From Eledone cirrhosa (Eukaryota), in assembly GCA_964016885.1 (NCBI GenBank), contig OZ024757.1, positions 25,544,001 to 25,608,000 on the forward strand: DNA of 64,000 nt, given 5' to 3'. The notes beneath the pieces are model-generated. The model had not been told where the DNA came from and searched no databases. It saw nothing but the letters and a program-made list of their open reading frames with translations. Position numbers and translations under genes: made by a program. Shown here in pieces: positions 13,886-29,329 of this stretch. Each line of letters begins with the position of its first letter. Within the stretch, counting starts at the first letter, position 1.

Positions 13886-14572
13886 TTTTAAAGCTGCTAT
13901 TAGATGCTAAACTTCCGGAATGTTGTACATATTTTTAAGATTCCTTAATGGTCGCTCTGGGCATTAGTACTGACACAATGGGGTTTGGAATGAACTGTGG
14001 ACAATGTTAGTGACCTGGGAGGACATAGAAGTAACTGTAGTCACTAGTACAGACCTGAGTGTAAATGGAGGGGGTTAAGGTCACTGGTGGACATGGAAGG
14101 GGCCAAAATCAGTGGTAGTGGCCTAGAATGGTCTGGAAGGGACTGAAGGGGGCTATGGTTACTGTTAGAGACCTTGCAGCAATGGGAAAATACCGTAGTC
14201 TCTAGTAGAGACGTGGGTGGAAATGGGAAGAATTATGGATGTTGGAAGAGAGTTAGTGGCTCTGGATAGTAATGGAGGCTTGGGAGGGTCCTGGGATGGA
14301 TTATGGACGCTAGTAGAGGGTTAGTGGCCCTGTCAATGTCTCTGGATAGGGATAGAGACTTGGGAGGGTCATTGGAGGGATTATGGACGCTGGTAGAGAC
14401 GTATCGGGTTTGGAGGAATGGACTGTGGACAATGGTAGAGCTGAAATATTGAGAAAATATATCACTGAGGATAAGTACCCAGAGACGCCATCAGCGTAAA
14501 AAATTGACAACAGTCAAGTTAATGTAGTGAGCATAAATCAATCTAATTAAAGGGACCCAAGAAGAAGAAGAA

Positions 14573-14619
<47 letters not shown>

Positions 14620-14645
14620 ATAGTAGCAGTAGTAGTAGTAGTAAT

Positions 14646-15106
14646 GATTTCTTATATAGGCACAAGGCCAACAATTTATGGGAGAGGGGAAAGTCGATTA
14701 AATCGACCCCAGTGCATTACTGGTACTTTATTTGATTGACTCCGTAAGGATGAAAGGTAAAGCTAACCTCGGTGGGATTTGAACTGAGACCGTAAAGGGA
14801 CATAACTCTATGCTGCAAAGCATAATGTCCGTTGCTCTAACGATACTGTCAATCCACCGCCTTAGTAGTAGTTATAATAATAATAATTATGGTTTCTTAT
14901 ATAGGGACAAGGCCAGCAATTTTGGGGGAGGGGAAAGTCGATTAAATCGACCGCAGTGTATTACTGGTACTTTATTTTATTGACCCCGTAAGGATGAAAG
15001 GCAAAGTTAAGCTCGGCGGGATTTGAACGCATATCATAAAGGGCCGTAACTCTATGCTGTAGAGCATGGCGTCCGACCCTCTACCGATACTGCCAATCCA
15101 CCGCCC
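14646..15106 (-). mobile_element. Two tandem family-1 SINEs (14646-14861, 14891-15106)
   Basis: Reverse complement of the SINE at 37527. Both end ...aatccaccgcc. Confidence 0.9.
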
Positions 15107-15466
15107 TCTAAGTAGAAGTAATAATGATAATAATAATCTTTTTATGCGGCGATGAAAAGATAATGAGGTCGTGCAATAACACCAACGCTACATTAAATAT
15201 GTTGACAATAAACCTAAACTATATAAAAAAAAGATATATTGAGAGTGGAGAGTCTTTGTCAAGGACACGTATGGGGGAGGGGTGCACTGACCGATATTTC
15301 AACCAATATTCCCACGAATTAATTGAATTCAGTCAGCTACGAATCCATGTAAAAGCCCTGGGAAGAAGAAAACAGCAACATCACCGTCTGTTCATATAAC
15401 AAAGTTATTGTTGTTGCTGCTATTGTTATTGTTATGGCTGTTAGTGTTGTTATTATCATTCGCCCA

Positions 15467-16050
15467 TTTATTCCTGAGAGGATCGTAGAGGTAGAGTCCT
15501 CAAGCACGCCTTTAAGCGGGTCCTGTCAGAAGTAACCGTCTCCAACTGATACAGCTGGAACCTTAAGCATGACCAGCCAAGCTCATATTGCTCAAGGTTT
15601 ACCCCTGGGTCTCCTGACAGTTGGTTTTGTGCGTAAAACCTTTCCAGCGATTCTTTCCCGGGACATTCTAACCACATACCCATAGTATCGGAGTTGTGAT
15701 CTCTCAATTTGGAGAAGTAGCGGCCCTACCTGGAGTGACTCTCTGATCTCTGAGCTACACATTCTTTCCTGAGACATTCTAACCACATGTCCATAGTATC
15801 GGAGCTGTGATCTCTCAGTTCAGACAAGTACCAGCTCTACCTGGAGTGACACTCTGATCTCCAATCTATAAATCTTTCCAGCTATTCTTTCTTGAAACAT
15901 TCTAACCTCATGCCCATAGTATCAGAGCTGTGATCTCTCAATTCGGAGAAGTAGCGGCTCTACTTGGAGTGACACTCTGATCTCTGAGCTACGCACTCTA
16001 TCGAGTAACGTTGGTCCAAAGACCCTTCGGAGGCAACCCATTGAATCTCT
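15467..16050 (-). mobile_element. RTE-like LINE ORF2 3' fragment with a triplicated segment
   Basis: Translates as IRESLQVGPLLLQIERSQLRYYGYVVRM...RRPRGKP, resembling the LINE C-terminal 'LRWxGHVxRM...RGRP' motif. A ~110-125-bp block occurs three times. Confidence 0.8.
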
Positions 16051-16055
16051 ACCTC

Positions 16056-16346
<291 letters not shown>

Positions 16347-17035
16347 CATTGTAAACACCACTGCTATAATCACAACCACCGCCACAATCACCACCATCAC
16401 CATGAATTCTACTAATACCACTACTACTACAATGACCACTACCACCACCCACCACCATCGCCACAACTGTTACAACTGCTACCACCGTCACCATGAGCAC
16501 AATTAACACCATTACAACAACCACCACCACAACCAACACTGTCGCCACCACCACCACCACCACCACCACCACCACCACAACCAACACTGTCACCACCACC
16601 ACCAGCACAACCAACACTGTCACCACCATCACCTACAACAGCACAGTCACCACCACCACCACCATCAACACTGACACTGTCACCACCACCACCACCACCA
16701 CCATCAACACTGACACTGTCACCACCACCACAACCACCACCACCACAACCAACACTGTCACCACCATCACCTACAACAACACAGTCACCACCCCCAACCC
16801 CGCCTATGTCATTAAACATGTCTTCCCATATCGGGTCTATTATGTGTTACGAGATGGAGAAACGCCAGAAAGGAGCAGCGAAAAAGTGTGTCAGGTCGAC
16901 CAGCACACAAAACCCTTCTTTGTTCCATTAGCAGACGACATGTGAATGGAGCAGACGATAACTTAACACTATAAAAGCTCAGCCGAAAATATATGAGACA
17001 CACACATACACACACACACACGTACATGTGTATAT

Positions 17036-17105
<70 letters not shown>

Positions 17106-17129
17106 CATGCATGTATGTATCTATGAATG

Positions 17130-17178
<49 letters not shown>

Positions 17179-17196
17179 ACATACATATATATATAT

Positions 17197-17234
<38 letters not shown>

Positions 17235-17268
17235 CATATATAGATATAGATATAGATATATATATATT

Positions 17269-17300
<32 letters not shown>

Positions 17301-17305
17301 CATAT

Positions 17306-17336
<31 letters not shown>

Positions 17337-17395
17337 GCATTTACACATTCCATATAAAAATCCAAAACAAACACATATTCATATATGCATACAGT

Positions 17396-17473
<78 letters not shown>

Positions 17474-17681
17474 TGTGTGTGTATGAATTTGTAAAAGTAT
17501 GTTGTACTGTTCTGTTTTATTTATTTCAATGTTGAAGGCGAACGCTTGCACCACAAACACACTTACGAAGATAGACACACATACTCACACACACACATTC
17601 ACACAATTCTCCTCTCTTTCTCTCTTTCTCTCTTTCTCTCCCTATATATGTATATATATATATATACATATATATATACAT

Positions 17682-17765
<84 letters not shown>

Positions 17766-17817
17766 ATATATATATATATATAAATATATACACACACATA
17801 TATGTATATATACATAT

Positions 17818-17857
<40 letters not shown>

Positions 17858-17861
<4 letters not shown>

Positions 17862-18290
17862 ATGAGAAGAATGAATACTGCATGGTTGCACATGGGTTAC
17901 GTATGATAAAAATAGTCCTTCATCAGTGATTTTCCAACCTTCATTGGTATTTCATCACTTTAAAAATCATATACCTCCAGTTGGTGCGAGCAATCTATTG
18001 GGACAAGTAAATCGCGTAAAGCGAGCGAGACAAGTAAACAAGCATAGAAGGATAGCAACGCAAAGATAGCAACGCAAAGAGTACATGGGAGTCCGATCAG
18101 CTTAAGCTGTGTGGATTTCATGAGCGAGAGACAACAGACCGTGCGACGCGAGTGAGGTGTGAGCAAGAAAGGACCCCACTTCGGGCCAAACGGGAGGAAG
18201 TGAGAAGGGGAGAAGCAGAGAGTGAGTGAGTGAGTGGAAGTGCGAGGAAGAGGCCAGTCGAGAGAAAGTGTAACTGACAGAGGGGATGCA
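17858..18290 (-). mobile_element. Family G long copy
   Basis: Homology to the 6515, 22390 and 42480 copies. TA-flanked. Confidence 0.75.
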
Positions 18291-18299
18291 TGCATATAT

Positions 18300-18472
<173 letters not shown>

Positions 18473-18513
18473 GGAAACATCAGTCAATTGCATGAATTCA
18501 TAATCCTTTATTT

Positions 18514-18569
18514 ACTGCTATATATATTTCGATGGTAGCCATTGAATTGCTACGACCTCATCAGGCAGT
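18514..18569 (-). ncRNA. Hammerhead motif (single-copy family in this window)
   Basis: Minus strand: actgc-CTGATGA-ggt-c-gtagc...gctac-c-atc-GAAA-tatata-TA^-gcagt. All three stems pair. Confidence 0.85.
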
Positions 18570-18635
18570 TAGTCAGTTCTTAGATATGCCAGCTCTGTGT
18601 TTATAGTGTTAATTGTATCAGAGCCTTGGGACATA

Positions 18636-18677
<42 letters not shown>

Positions 18678-18861
18678 AAAAAGGAAAGCAAAAAGTCGTT
18701 TAAAAGTAACCAGTGTATTGTGCAAATTACCTGCCCACATGACAGCTGTCAGCATCATAACAGTTCTCACATCGGTGAAACATGTACGAATCGTTATATC
18801 AACATGACTATGCATCTTCAAACCAGGTCATGTTGTTTGTATACGCACACGCACGCACACA

Positions 18862-18949
<88 letters not shown>

Positions 18950-19201
18950 TATATATATATGAGTTTAAATCCAGCCGAGATCACCTTTTTCATCCATTCG
19001 TGGTTGATGACAAAAAAGTACCCCCCTCTCTCTCTCTCCTCTTTTCTCTCTCACTCACCCTCTCTCTCACTCACTCTCTCCTCCTCTCTCTCACTCACAA
19101 CTTCTGCAAGAAATCGACTGGGTTCAGTGTTGAAGTTTCCGTTGAAAAAGTCAGAGGAATGAAGAGTGCTCTATGTAAGTTACAGAGCTAAATATGTTTA
19201 A

Positions 19202-19277
19202 ATTGCCTTGTCTGACGAACGAATGCTGACGTGTCTTGTATCCGTCTTATTCGGGAAACCTCTGGTAATGAGGTAAT
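19202..19277 (+). ncRNA. Hammerhead motif, family C copy 2
   Basis: attgccttgt-CTGACGA-...-GAAA-cctctgg-TA^-atgaggtaat. Confidence 0.8.
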
Positions 19278-19301
19278 TATATTGTATTGTTTATTATACA
19301 T

Positions 19302-19351
<50 letters not shown>

Positions 19352-20160
19352 TATAAAGAAAAACCAAAGAGAGAGAGAGAGAGAGAGTGTGTGTGTGTGT
19401 GTGTGTGTGTGGAATAGTGTATGTTATGGGAGAGTCAATTAATCCACATACTGGATTTCTAAAGAATAAAAATATTATTTTAATACTCCAATTATATACC
19501 TTCTCATGCAACCACACACACACACACACACATAGATACACACCCACACACACACACATACATACGTACACACACATACATAGACCCCCCCCACACACAC
19601 ACATAGATACACACCCACACACACACACATACATACGTACACACACATACATAGACCCCCCCACACACACACATACACACATACACACACACGCACACAT
19701 ACATACACACACACACACACACACATACACACATACATACACACACACACACATACATACACATACGCACACACACACACATACACACACATACCCCCCA
19801 CACACACACGCATACACACACATCCACACACACCCATACATACGCACACACATACACACATACACACATACATATACGTGTGTATATAGAGAGAGACGTT
19901 GAAACGCACACTCACAGACATATATTCATGCATGAATGCATGAACACGCATGGATGCATGTTATATATATATGTACGTGTGTATATGTATGTGCGTATGT
20001 ATGTATATATGTATATATGTATGTATGTGTTTGTATGTGTCTCCCTGTTAACAAGGAGAAGATGAAAGTGAATTAGACTAAGAATACACACAACCACAAC
20101 ACACACACATATACATACATATAAATATAAACTATATATACGGTATATACATATATACAT

Positions 20161-20224
<64 letters not shown>

Positions 20225-20308
20225 ATATAAACTATATATACGGTATATATATATATAGATATATATATATATACACATATAAATATAAACTATATATATA
20301 TACGGTAT

Positions 20309-20343
<35 letters not shown>

Positions 20344-20413
20344 CATATAAATATAAACTATATATACGGTATATACATATATACATACATATATATACAG
20401 TTTATATACATAC

Positions 20414-20467
<54 letters not shown>

Positions 20468-20712
20468 GTTCGTTTGTATATATTTGGAGGCCTATAGATA
20501 CGTATGTCTACGTGTGTATATACTATATATATGTATATGTGGGTGGCTCGGATGTAATTTGGATGAATTATTTTGGTAATTCTAACGATAATGATATATT
20601 CCTATATATTCCTTATTTCCTTGTTTTACCATTCCTGAGAATTCATGTATTAAAGGATCGTAACCACTCCCAAATTCTTTCAGCACGCACACACATACTC
20701 ACATATACACGC

Positions 20713-20768
<56 letters not shown>

Positions 20769-20835
20769 ACACACACACATACTCACACATCCACACACGT
20801 ATTTTATGTGTTCGTGTATGTTGTTCGTATGGGTA

Positions 20836-20871
<36 letters not shown>

Positions 20872-20873
<2 letters not shown>

Positions 20874-21051
20874 GGAAAAAGTATGGCCCCGACGGCAGAG
20901 CTCAAGCCGTTTCGTCCAGATATAGCCGTCGAAACGGCTTCAGCTCTGCCGTCGGGGTCATACTTTTTCCTATTACCCACTCTACTACCCTAAGTATTGA
21001 GTACTCTGGTGCGTTATGGTCCATCTGGTTCCTTACCACAATTCCTTCGTC
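20872..21051. mobile_element. Family E fold-back element
   Basis: Arms ~20872-20915 and ~20928-20972 plus tail. TA-flanked. Confidence 0.85.
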
Positions 21052-21153
21052 ATATATATATATATATATATTTTTTTTTTGCTTGGCATAGTATAGTTAC
21101 TTATCGATGTATGTATAGGTATATATGTGTGTATATGTATATATTTATATATT

Positions 21154-21269
<116 letters not shown>

Positions 21270-21398
21270 AGTATGTACGTACACATACATACATACTTAC
21301 ATTTAAGTAAGTGCCGTACTAAGAGTGAGAAATGAAATTTCGTTTCATTCTATTCCATTTATATATATATATTCCATTTATATATATATATATATATA

Positions 21399-21552
21399 CA
21401 TTCCGATGAAATGACAGTTGATAATAACATTGAAATATTGAATGTCTGCATAACTTATACTTTGTAGATAGTAGCTGTTTTCAGGTTATGTAACTGTTAT
21501 AAAAACACGTGTCAATAAATTCCTTTTAACTAAACTGTATCCATTAAAATCC

Positions 21553-21556
<4 letters not shown>
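21399..21556 (+). mobile_element. Diverged solo 3' end of the PLE pseudo-LTR
   Basis: Aligns to 57384-57538 (gatgaaatgacagt...ctgtatccatt.aaatc.ttctat). TA-flanked. Confidence 0.85.
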
Positions 21557-21624
<68 letters not shown>

Positions 21625-21894
21625 GGAATAGAATGAAACGAAATTTCATTTCTCACTCTTAGTACGGCACTTACTTAAATGTAAGTATGTATGTGTACGT
21701 ACATATATATATATATGTATACACACATGTATGTATATATATAGTTTCGTTGACAAGTATATCAATGTGTACAGACATGCAGATATATTGCCCTTGGTAT
21801 GACACTGTGGTTTTAGCTCAATGTAGGATAACTAGTATACTACAGAGCCGTTATAAGTTTAGGAATAACCAAAGAGTGCTTAGAAATACATTGT

Positions 21895-21953
21895 TTTATT
21901 TGCTAACAGTGTTTCATCCATACCCTATGGCAGGAATCATCAGAGCTTATAAA
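21895..21953 (-). ncRNA. Hammerhead motif
   Basis: Minus strand: tttat-aa-gct-CTGATGA-ttcc...ggat-GAAA-ca-c-tg-TT^-agc-aa-ataaa. Stem I has a 2x2 internal loop. Confidence 0.65.
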
Positions 21954-22068
21954 CAAAAATATATCAAAGGTTGCAGGCTCCATCGAGCTCAGTCCATATG
22001 TATATATATATATATATTGTATATTTCATTAGAACAAGCTTCCTGAATCATTGATCCATCTCAACTCG

Positions 22069-22106
22069 CCTTTTGAAAAGCAGAAGAACTGCGAAACCGG
22101 TAAAGG
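22069..22106 (+). ncRNA. Hammerhead motif with U3-A8 core variant, family F (element ~22055-22245)
   Basis: cctt-TTGAAAA-gcag-aagaa-ctgc-GAAA-ccgg-TA^-aagg. Stems I and II are perfect, stem III is the palindrome ACCGGT. Confidence 0.75.
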
Positions 22107-22237
22107 AACCAAATAAATATATATATTTAAAAAAAAAATAAGACTCCAGTTGCATTTTCGATTTCATCTCTTTTTCTTTATACTTTCACTCGTGTAGGAC
22201 AGCTCGGTTATTTTTTATTTTGTAAAAAAAACCTCAC

Positions 22238-22328
<91 letters not shown>

Positions 22329-22389
22329 TATATATATATTTATATATATATATGTATATATATATTTATGTATATATGTATATATATAT

Positions 22390-22620
22390 AAAAAACATGA
22401 GAAGAAAGAAGTATACTGTGTGGTTTGCACATGGGTTACATATGATAAAAATAGTCCTTCGTCAGTGATTTTCCAACCATCATTGGTATTTCATCGCATT
22501 AAAAATCAGGTACCTCAGGTTGGTGCGAGCAATAAATAAAAAAAGTTATTGGGACCAGAATTCGCGTACGGCGAGGGGGACAAGTAAACAACATAGAAGG
22601 ATAAAAGCAAACCGAAGATA
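22390..22620 (-). mobile_element. Family G copy
   Basis: Homology to the 17858 and 6515 copies. Confidence 0.75.
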
Positions 22621-23910
22621 TATATATATATATATATATATAATACAAGTGGAAGCTTAGTAAAATATATATATATATATGTATATATGTATATATTTCC
22701 TGCCACACATATTGTATACGTGCATATAAATGTGATATACATCACACCCACCCCCACACATACATATATTCTCCTTCTCTACACCACCCTTACTTCTGAC
22801 GCTAAACATTTACTTAACCACCAACATACAAAGCAAGTGTATTCCAAGCCCACCCCACCACCACCCTGACAACAACCATCACCACCACAACCACCACCAT
22901 CACTACCACCATCACTACCACCACCGCCACCACCACCCTGACAACAACCACCACCACCCCGAACACCACCACCATCATCGCTACCATCATCACCACCACC
23001 ACCACCACCACCCTGACAATCACCATCACCACCACCACTACCAACACTACCACTAGCTCTAACACAACTATCCCCACCACCGCTACCTCGACTAACACCG
23101 CCATCACCACCATTGCTACAACTAATCTTCACCACCCCTACCGCCACCGATACTACTCTCCATCCCCACCACTATCACTAACACCACCACCACCGCTACC
23201 ACGATTACGCTCCACCGCCATCACCCGAACCCCACCAACCACCACCACCACGACCATACCACCACCGCCACCAATACTACTCTCCATCCCCACCACTATC
23301 ACTAACACCACCACCACCGCTACCACGATTACGCTCCACCGCCATCACCCGAACCCCACCAACCACCACCACCACGACCATACCACCACCGCCACCAATA
23401 CTACACTCCATCCCCACCACTAACACTAACACCACCACCACCACCACCACCGCTACCACGATTACGCCCCACCCCACTACCGCCATCAACCCCTACCCCC
23501 ACCCCACCACCACCACCACCACCACGACTAATACCTTACCCACCCTCATCCCGGGACCAACACCAAATTTGAAATTTAGGAACCCAAATCTCTTGAAGTG
23601 TATAAATCACAAACGTCAGTTAAACACTCACCCGCACCTCCACCCACCCAACATGAAACCTATCTGACCCTTTCTCTACCTCCTTTCCGTCTACATCTCC
23701 TCCTCCGACCCCCCCCCCTAAATATCGTCTCTTATTTCTAGGGATCAGCCCTCTCTCCTCTCTTCCTCCATTAGAGAGGCTGACATTCTGCTGATCAGCA
23801 GTTTACTTGTCTTCAGGGACATTTTTATTCATTGCTTCTGGTTGTGTTTAGACATAAACATAACGATACATATACACATATACACATATATACATGTTCA
23901 CGCACACACA

Positions 23911-23952
<42 letters not shown>

Positions 23953-24048
23953 AATGTGTGTGTGCTTGTATACGTACACACACACACATATATATATATA
24001 CAAATACATATACATATATATATATATATACACATATTAAATATACAT

Positions 24049-24084
<36 letters not shown>

Positions 24085-24282
24085 GTGTGTGTGTCACATA
24101 TATATATGTATATATGTGTGTGTATGTATATGTATATGTATGTATAAATGTATATTTATATATATATATATATATGTATGTATATTTAGATGTATATATA
24201 TATATATTGATGTATGTATATGTATTTGCATATATATATATAGACACACTTTTACAATTACACGCACACAAGCATACACCCT

Positions 24283-24315
<33 letters not shown>

Positions 24316-24320
<5 letters not shown>

Positions 24321-24497
24321 TGAGATTCTACAGGACTAGAACTGTTTCATTCATTAGAAATCATCAGGAATCCTGATGATTTCTAATGAATGAAACAGTT
24401 CTAGTCCTGTAGAATCTCATCTATATTAAAACTGTTATACTCTGCTATGTATTGAGTACCTTACTTACTGTGGTTACCTCCGATTCAACCCGGAATA

Positions 24498-24500
<3 letters not shown>
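24316..24500. mobile_element. Family H fold-back element with HHR (- strand 24323-24373)
   Basis: Palindrome centred at 24370. Minus strand: ggattc-CTGATGA-tttc-taat-gaat-GAAA-cag-ttctagtc-ctg-TA^-gaatct. Second copy at 26778-26908. Confidence 0.8.
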
Positions 24501-24551
<51 letters not shown>

Positions 24552-24601
24552 GTATATGTGTGTGTACGCACAGAAGCACACATACGCTCACACATAAATG
24601 T

Positions 24602-24635
<34 letters not shown>

Positions 24636-25789
24636 ATGTGTGTGTGTGTGTGTGTGTTTGTATAACTACATCTAAGATCAAATCAAAATGGCTTTAAACC
24701 AAAGCTGGAGAGGTATTAATGATGGCGTTTGTCATTGTGGGTTTAGTAATCCTGAGAAGTAATTGTGGCTAAATGTTAGATGAATGTATGGAAGCGCGTT
24801 TATAGATGAAGAATTATGCGTATGAAGGTGAGAGGCCTACAAGAGGTCAGTTACTGTAGATGTGTTTGCAGAGATGGCTAGTGTTTTCAGGTGTGATATT
24901 TCCAAGACGCAAGAAAATACTTCCTAAAATGAAGACATGAACAAATTTATTCTTTAAATGGAGGTATTTCTTGGAAGATTTTTTTCTGAAGAATTAGTAT
25001 TTTCAGTTGTGCAAAAGCGCACTTTCTGGATCCATTAATGTAAGGTTTAGATTTTTCGAAGATTCACCATTTGATATTGCAATGTAGGATTTCGTGTGCT
25101 ATGTGTGGCTTGCTAAAGACATGGAATTTCTTATTAAATTTTCCTGCTACTAGTTCAGTATTTCACTTTATGGTTGGGTTCATCAACTATAATTTCCATC
25201 TCGAATATGATCGACTTTATGTTACATGCATGGTTCGAATAGAAAGACGTAGTATATATACATACATAATACATTCATAAAATGTATATGTGTGCATATA
25301 GATATACATATCTATATGCACATTATATATATACATGTACATTATATATATACACATTTGTGTGTGTGTGTGTGTGTGTATTCATATATATATATAGAGA
25401 GATATGTATGGATATATAAATATGTATATATATGTATATATATATAAATATGTGTATATATGTGTGTGTGTGTATATATAGTGCAAATTTATACGGGAAC
25501 AAAAGAGGGAGGCAGACAAATAAAGGTTTATTAGGTTCATATATATATTAGGTTCATATATATATGTATATATATATGTATATGTATATATATGTATATG
25601 TATATGTAAATAGGTATGTATATGTATATATATATGTATATATATATACGTATATATATATATACGTATATATATATATATATATATACGTATATATATA
25701 TACGTATGTAGGTGTGTATGTATATATGAATACACACATACGCACACACACATATATATACATATATATATATATATAGAGACGATCGG

Positions 25790-25995
25790 CTTTCGTCAAA
25801 TCGGACCGAGGGAACAATGTTTCCGTTGGTCTTTCCAATTGCTAATACTATCTATCGGTCGCAACTCCAGGTAGAAGGAGCAACGTGAAATAAAGTGTCT
25901 TGCTCAAGGACATAACGCATCGCCTGGTCCAGGAATCGAACTCACAACCTTACGATTGGCAATCCAATTCTCTAACCACTCAGCCACACGCCTTC
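25790..25995 (-). mobile_element. Family-2 SINE with a single copy of the satellite monomer as its 3' body
   Basis: tRNA-like head at 25920-25995, core gagcaacgtgaaataaagtgtcttgctcaaggaca. 25795-25875 matches the 95-bp satellite unit. Confidence 0.85.
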
Positions 25996-25997
25996 AC

Positions 25998-26029
<32 letters not shown>

Positions 26030-26053
26030 TATGTGTATATATATATACATGTT

Positions 26054-26316
<263 letters not shown>

Positions 26317-26475
26317 GTTTATGTTTTATATCTTTCATCCTGGGTCCACGAATATTTGATATAACTACTCCAGAAACATGGAAGGTTCTGGATCTCTGAG
26401 ATAACATTCCTTTATGGCCAAATACTTATATGTCGCCTGAACATCAAAATATCTCCCGGTCAGTCAGTCTGCATA

Positions 26476-26630
<155 letters not shown>

Positions 26631-26744
26631 ATATACATATATACACATATATATAGAGGGGGAGAAAGAGAGAGATAATAATTATAATAATAAATAGGGC
26701 GATATGTTATACTTCATATGTATATATATATATATATGTTTTTA

Positions 26745-26777
<33 letters not shown>

Positions 26778-26778
<1 letters not shown>

Positions 26779-26908
26779 GTACGTTATTCCGGGTTGAATC
26801 GGAGGTAACCACAGTAAGTAAGGTACTCAATACATTGCAGAGTATAAAAGTTTTAATATAGATGAGATTCTACAGGACTAGAACTGTTTCATTCTTTAGA
26901 AATCATCA
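26778..26908 (-). mobile_element. Family H single arm truncated inside the CTGATGA box
   Basis: Reverse complement of 24374-24500. Confidence 0.8.
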
Positions 26909-27128
26909 ATATATATGTGTGTGTGTGTATAGGTGTATGGGTGCATGAAAAATTGCGTCCGTAGTGATGTATATGTGTATATGTATGTATATGTATATAT
27001 ATATGTGTATATGTATATATATATATATTTATATTAGATAACTATAAATCATATACATTTAAATTTATGTTTCATCAGAATTCTCACAGGGCAGCAGAAA
27101 ATAGCGTTATAATCACACAAAAGGTTTA

Positions 27129-27191
27129 GGGCTCGTCCGCGAATTGAACCCGGGACCTCTCGCACCCCTAGCGTGAATCATACCTTTTGAC
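27129..27191 (-). pseudogene. 5'-truncated tRNA-Pro relic
   Basis: Minus strand GTCAAAAGGTATGATTCACGCTAGGGGTGCGAGAGGTCCCGGGTTCAATTCGCGGACGAGCCC matches animal tRNA-Pro from about nt 10 onward. It is followed by taaaccTTTT (Pol III terminator), and the anticodon loop is mutated. Confidence 0.85.
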
Positions 27192-27220
27192 ATATATATA
27201 CTGTATAGATATATGCAAAA

Positions 27221-27420
27221 AAAAGTGTGGCAAGATACCAGGTAGACCATAATCCCCCAGAGTAGTAGAGTAGTCAATACTTGGGGTAGTAGAGTGGGTA
27301 ATATGAAAACATTCAGGACCCCGACAGATGAGCTCCGGCCGTTTCGACAGCTAGATGCGAACTCTGAGTTTGGATCTAGCTGTCCAAACGGCCGGAGCTC
27401 AACCGTTGGGTTCCTGAATC
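27221..27420. mobile_element. Family E subfamily fold-back element
   Basis: Arms caggaccccgacagatgagctccggccgtttcgacagctagat / atctagctgtccaaacggccggagctcaaccgttgggttcctg. Related pieces at 62660-62745 and 63328-63366. Confidence 0.8.
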
Positions 27421-27423
27421 TTT

Positions 27424-27537
<114 letters not shown>

Positions 27538-27538
27538 G

Positions 27539-27849
<311 letters not shown>

Positions 27850-28091
27850 GAATAATCGAGTATCGAAAAATCGGCGCACGAATTCACGATAAACAAAATT
27901 CGATATGAGCGGCAGAGGGATCCATAATTTAGATAAATCAGAGCTATAACTATCGTTAAAATACCGTCACACATAGAACAAGTCTATAATCAACCGTACG
28001 ATCGAAAATTTGCGATCTGGAAGATTCGGGACACTCAGATAAAAAATCCAAAATGAAAATCCGAAGGCAAGGTAAAATTCCAATCATGTAA

Positions 28092-28165
28092 TCACGACAC
28101 ATGTTTCAATAAGAGATAGATCGATTGTGAAGCAATGATCGATTATCACTGATCTCATCAGGTGA
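28092..28165 (-). ncRNA. Hammerhead motif in an inverted-arm element (~28050-28500)
   Basis: Minus strand: tcac-CTGATGA-gat...atcgat...atcgat...att-GAAA-ca-tg-tg-TC^-gtga. An inverted partial copy lies at 28442-28500. Confidence 0.8.
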
Positions 28166-28643
28166 GAATGAATTGTCTTCAAATTCTTTATATGAGGGAG
28201 AAAAAAAACGATGTTCTCTCACAGAATTCCTTCCCTCATATGAAGACACACCAGTCAGAGACACGGCGACTGCTATTAACTTCAGTTGAGCTCATAAAAG
28301 TTTTCATCGCTGCAAACGACACTGGACGTCAATCAAATCTGTAGGGATACAGTCAGTCACAGTTAATGTGAGTGGGTACACACACATTCCACACCCACAT
28401 ACACCGGCTCGAGGTCAAAGAAAAATATACACATATTGTCGTGAAACATGTGTCGTGATTAAATGATTGGAATTTTACCTTGTCTTAGGATTTTCATTTT
28501 GATACTTATACTCCGTTTTACAACGTCTAGCTGTTCCCTTGAATGGAATTGGAGATATACAAAAGCGTGGAGAACTTAATATTGCTAACATAAAGTTATT
28601 GGACCTTTTTACACAACCAATAATGCACCTTACTATATAACAG

Positions 28644-28739
<96 letters not shown>

Positions 28740-28940
28740 ATAATAATAAATATATAGGAATTTTATATATTTTTACTATATATATATATAGTATTACTAT
28801 ATATATATATATATTATTTTATATATTATTACTATATATATATATTATTATATATATATATATAATAATATATATATTATTATTATATATTATTATATAT
28901 ATATTACTATTTTATATATATATATATGTATATATATATG

Positions 28941-28971
<31 letters not shown>

Positions 28972-28976
28972 GTATA

Positions 28977-29015
<39 letters not shown>

Positions 29016-29329
29016 TCGCATATTTAAGGCATATATGTATATATACAAATATAAATTCAGCGAGAATCGCATTTTGGCGGGTAGAAAAAGCGAAACGAAA
29101 CGCAAAATCAGAGGTATGCTGGGAAGCGCTCTATAGTTAAAAACACCAGAGCTAAACATAGGTTAACACGCGATACATACTGAAAAAGTGGTCAAGCAGG
29201 CATTAACCACCTAAGCCAAAAAAGCAAGTCAAGCTAAACAGGTCAAACAAAATAAATGATAAAATCATATATTTAATTCAAATCAATATATTTGGCAGAA
29301 ATTAAAACATAGATGCTTCAGATGCCATG

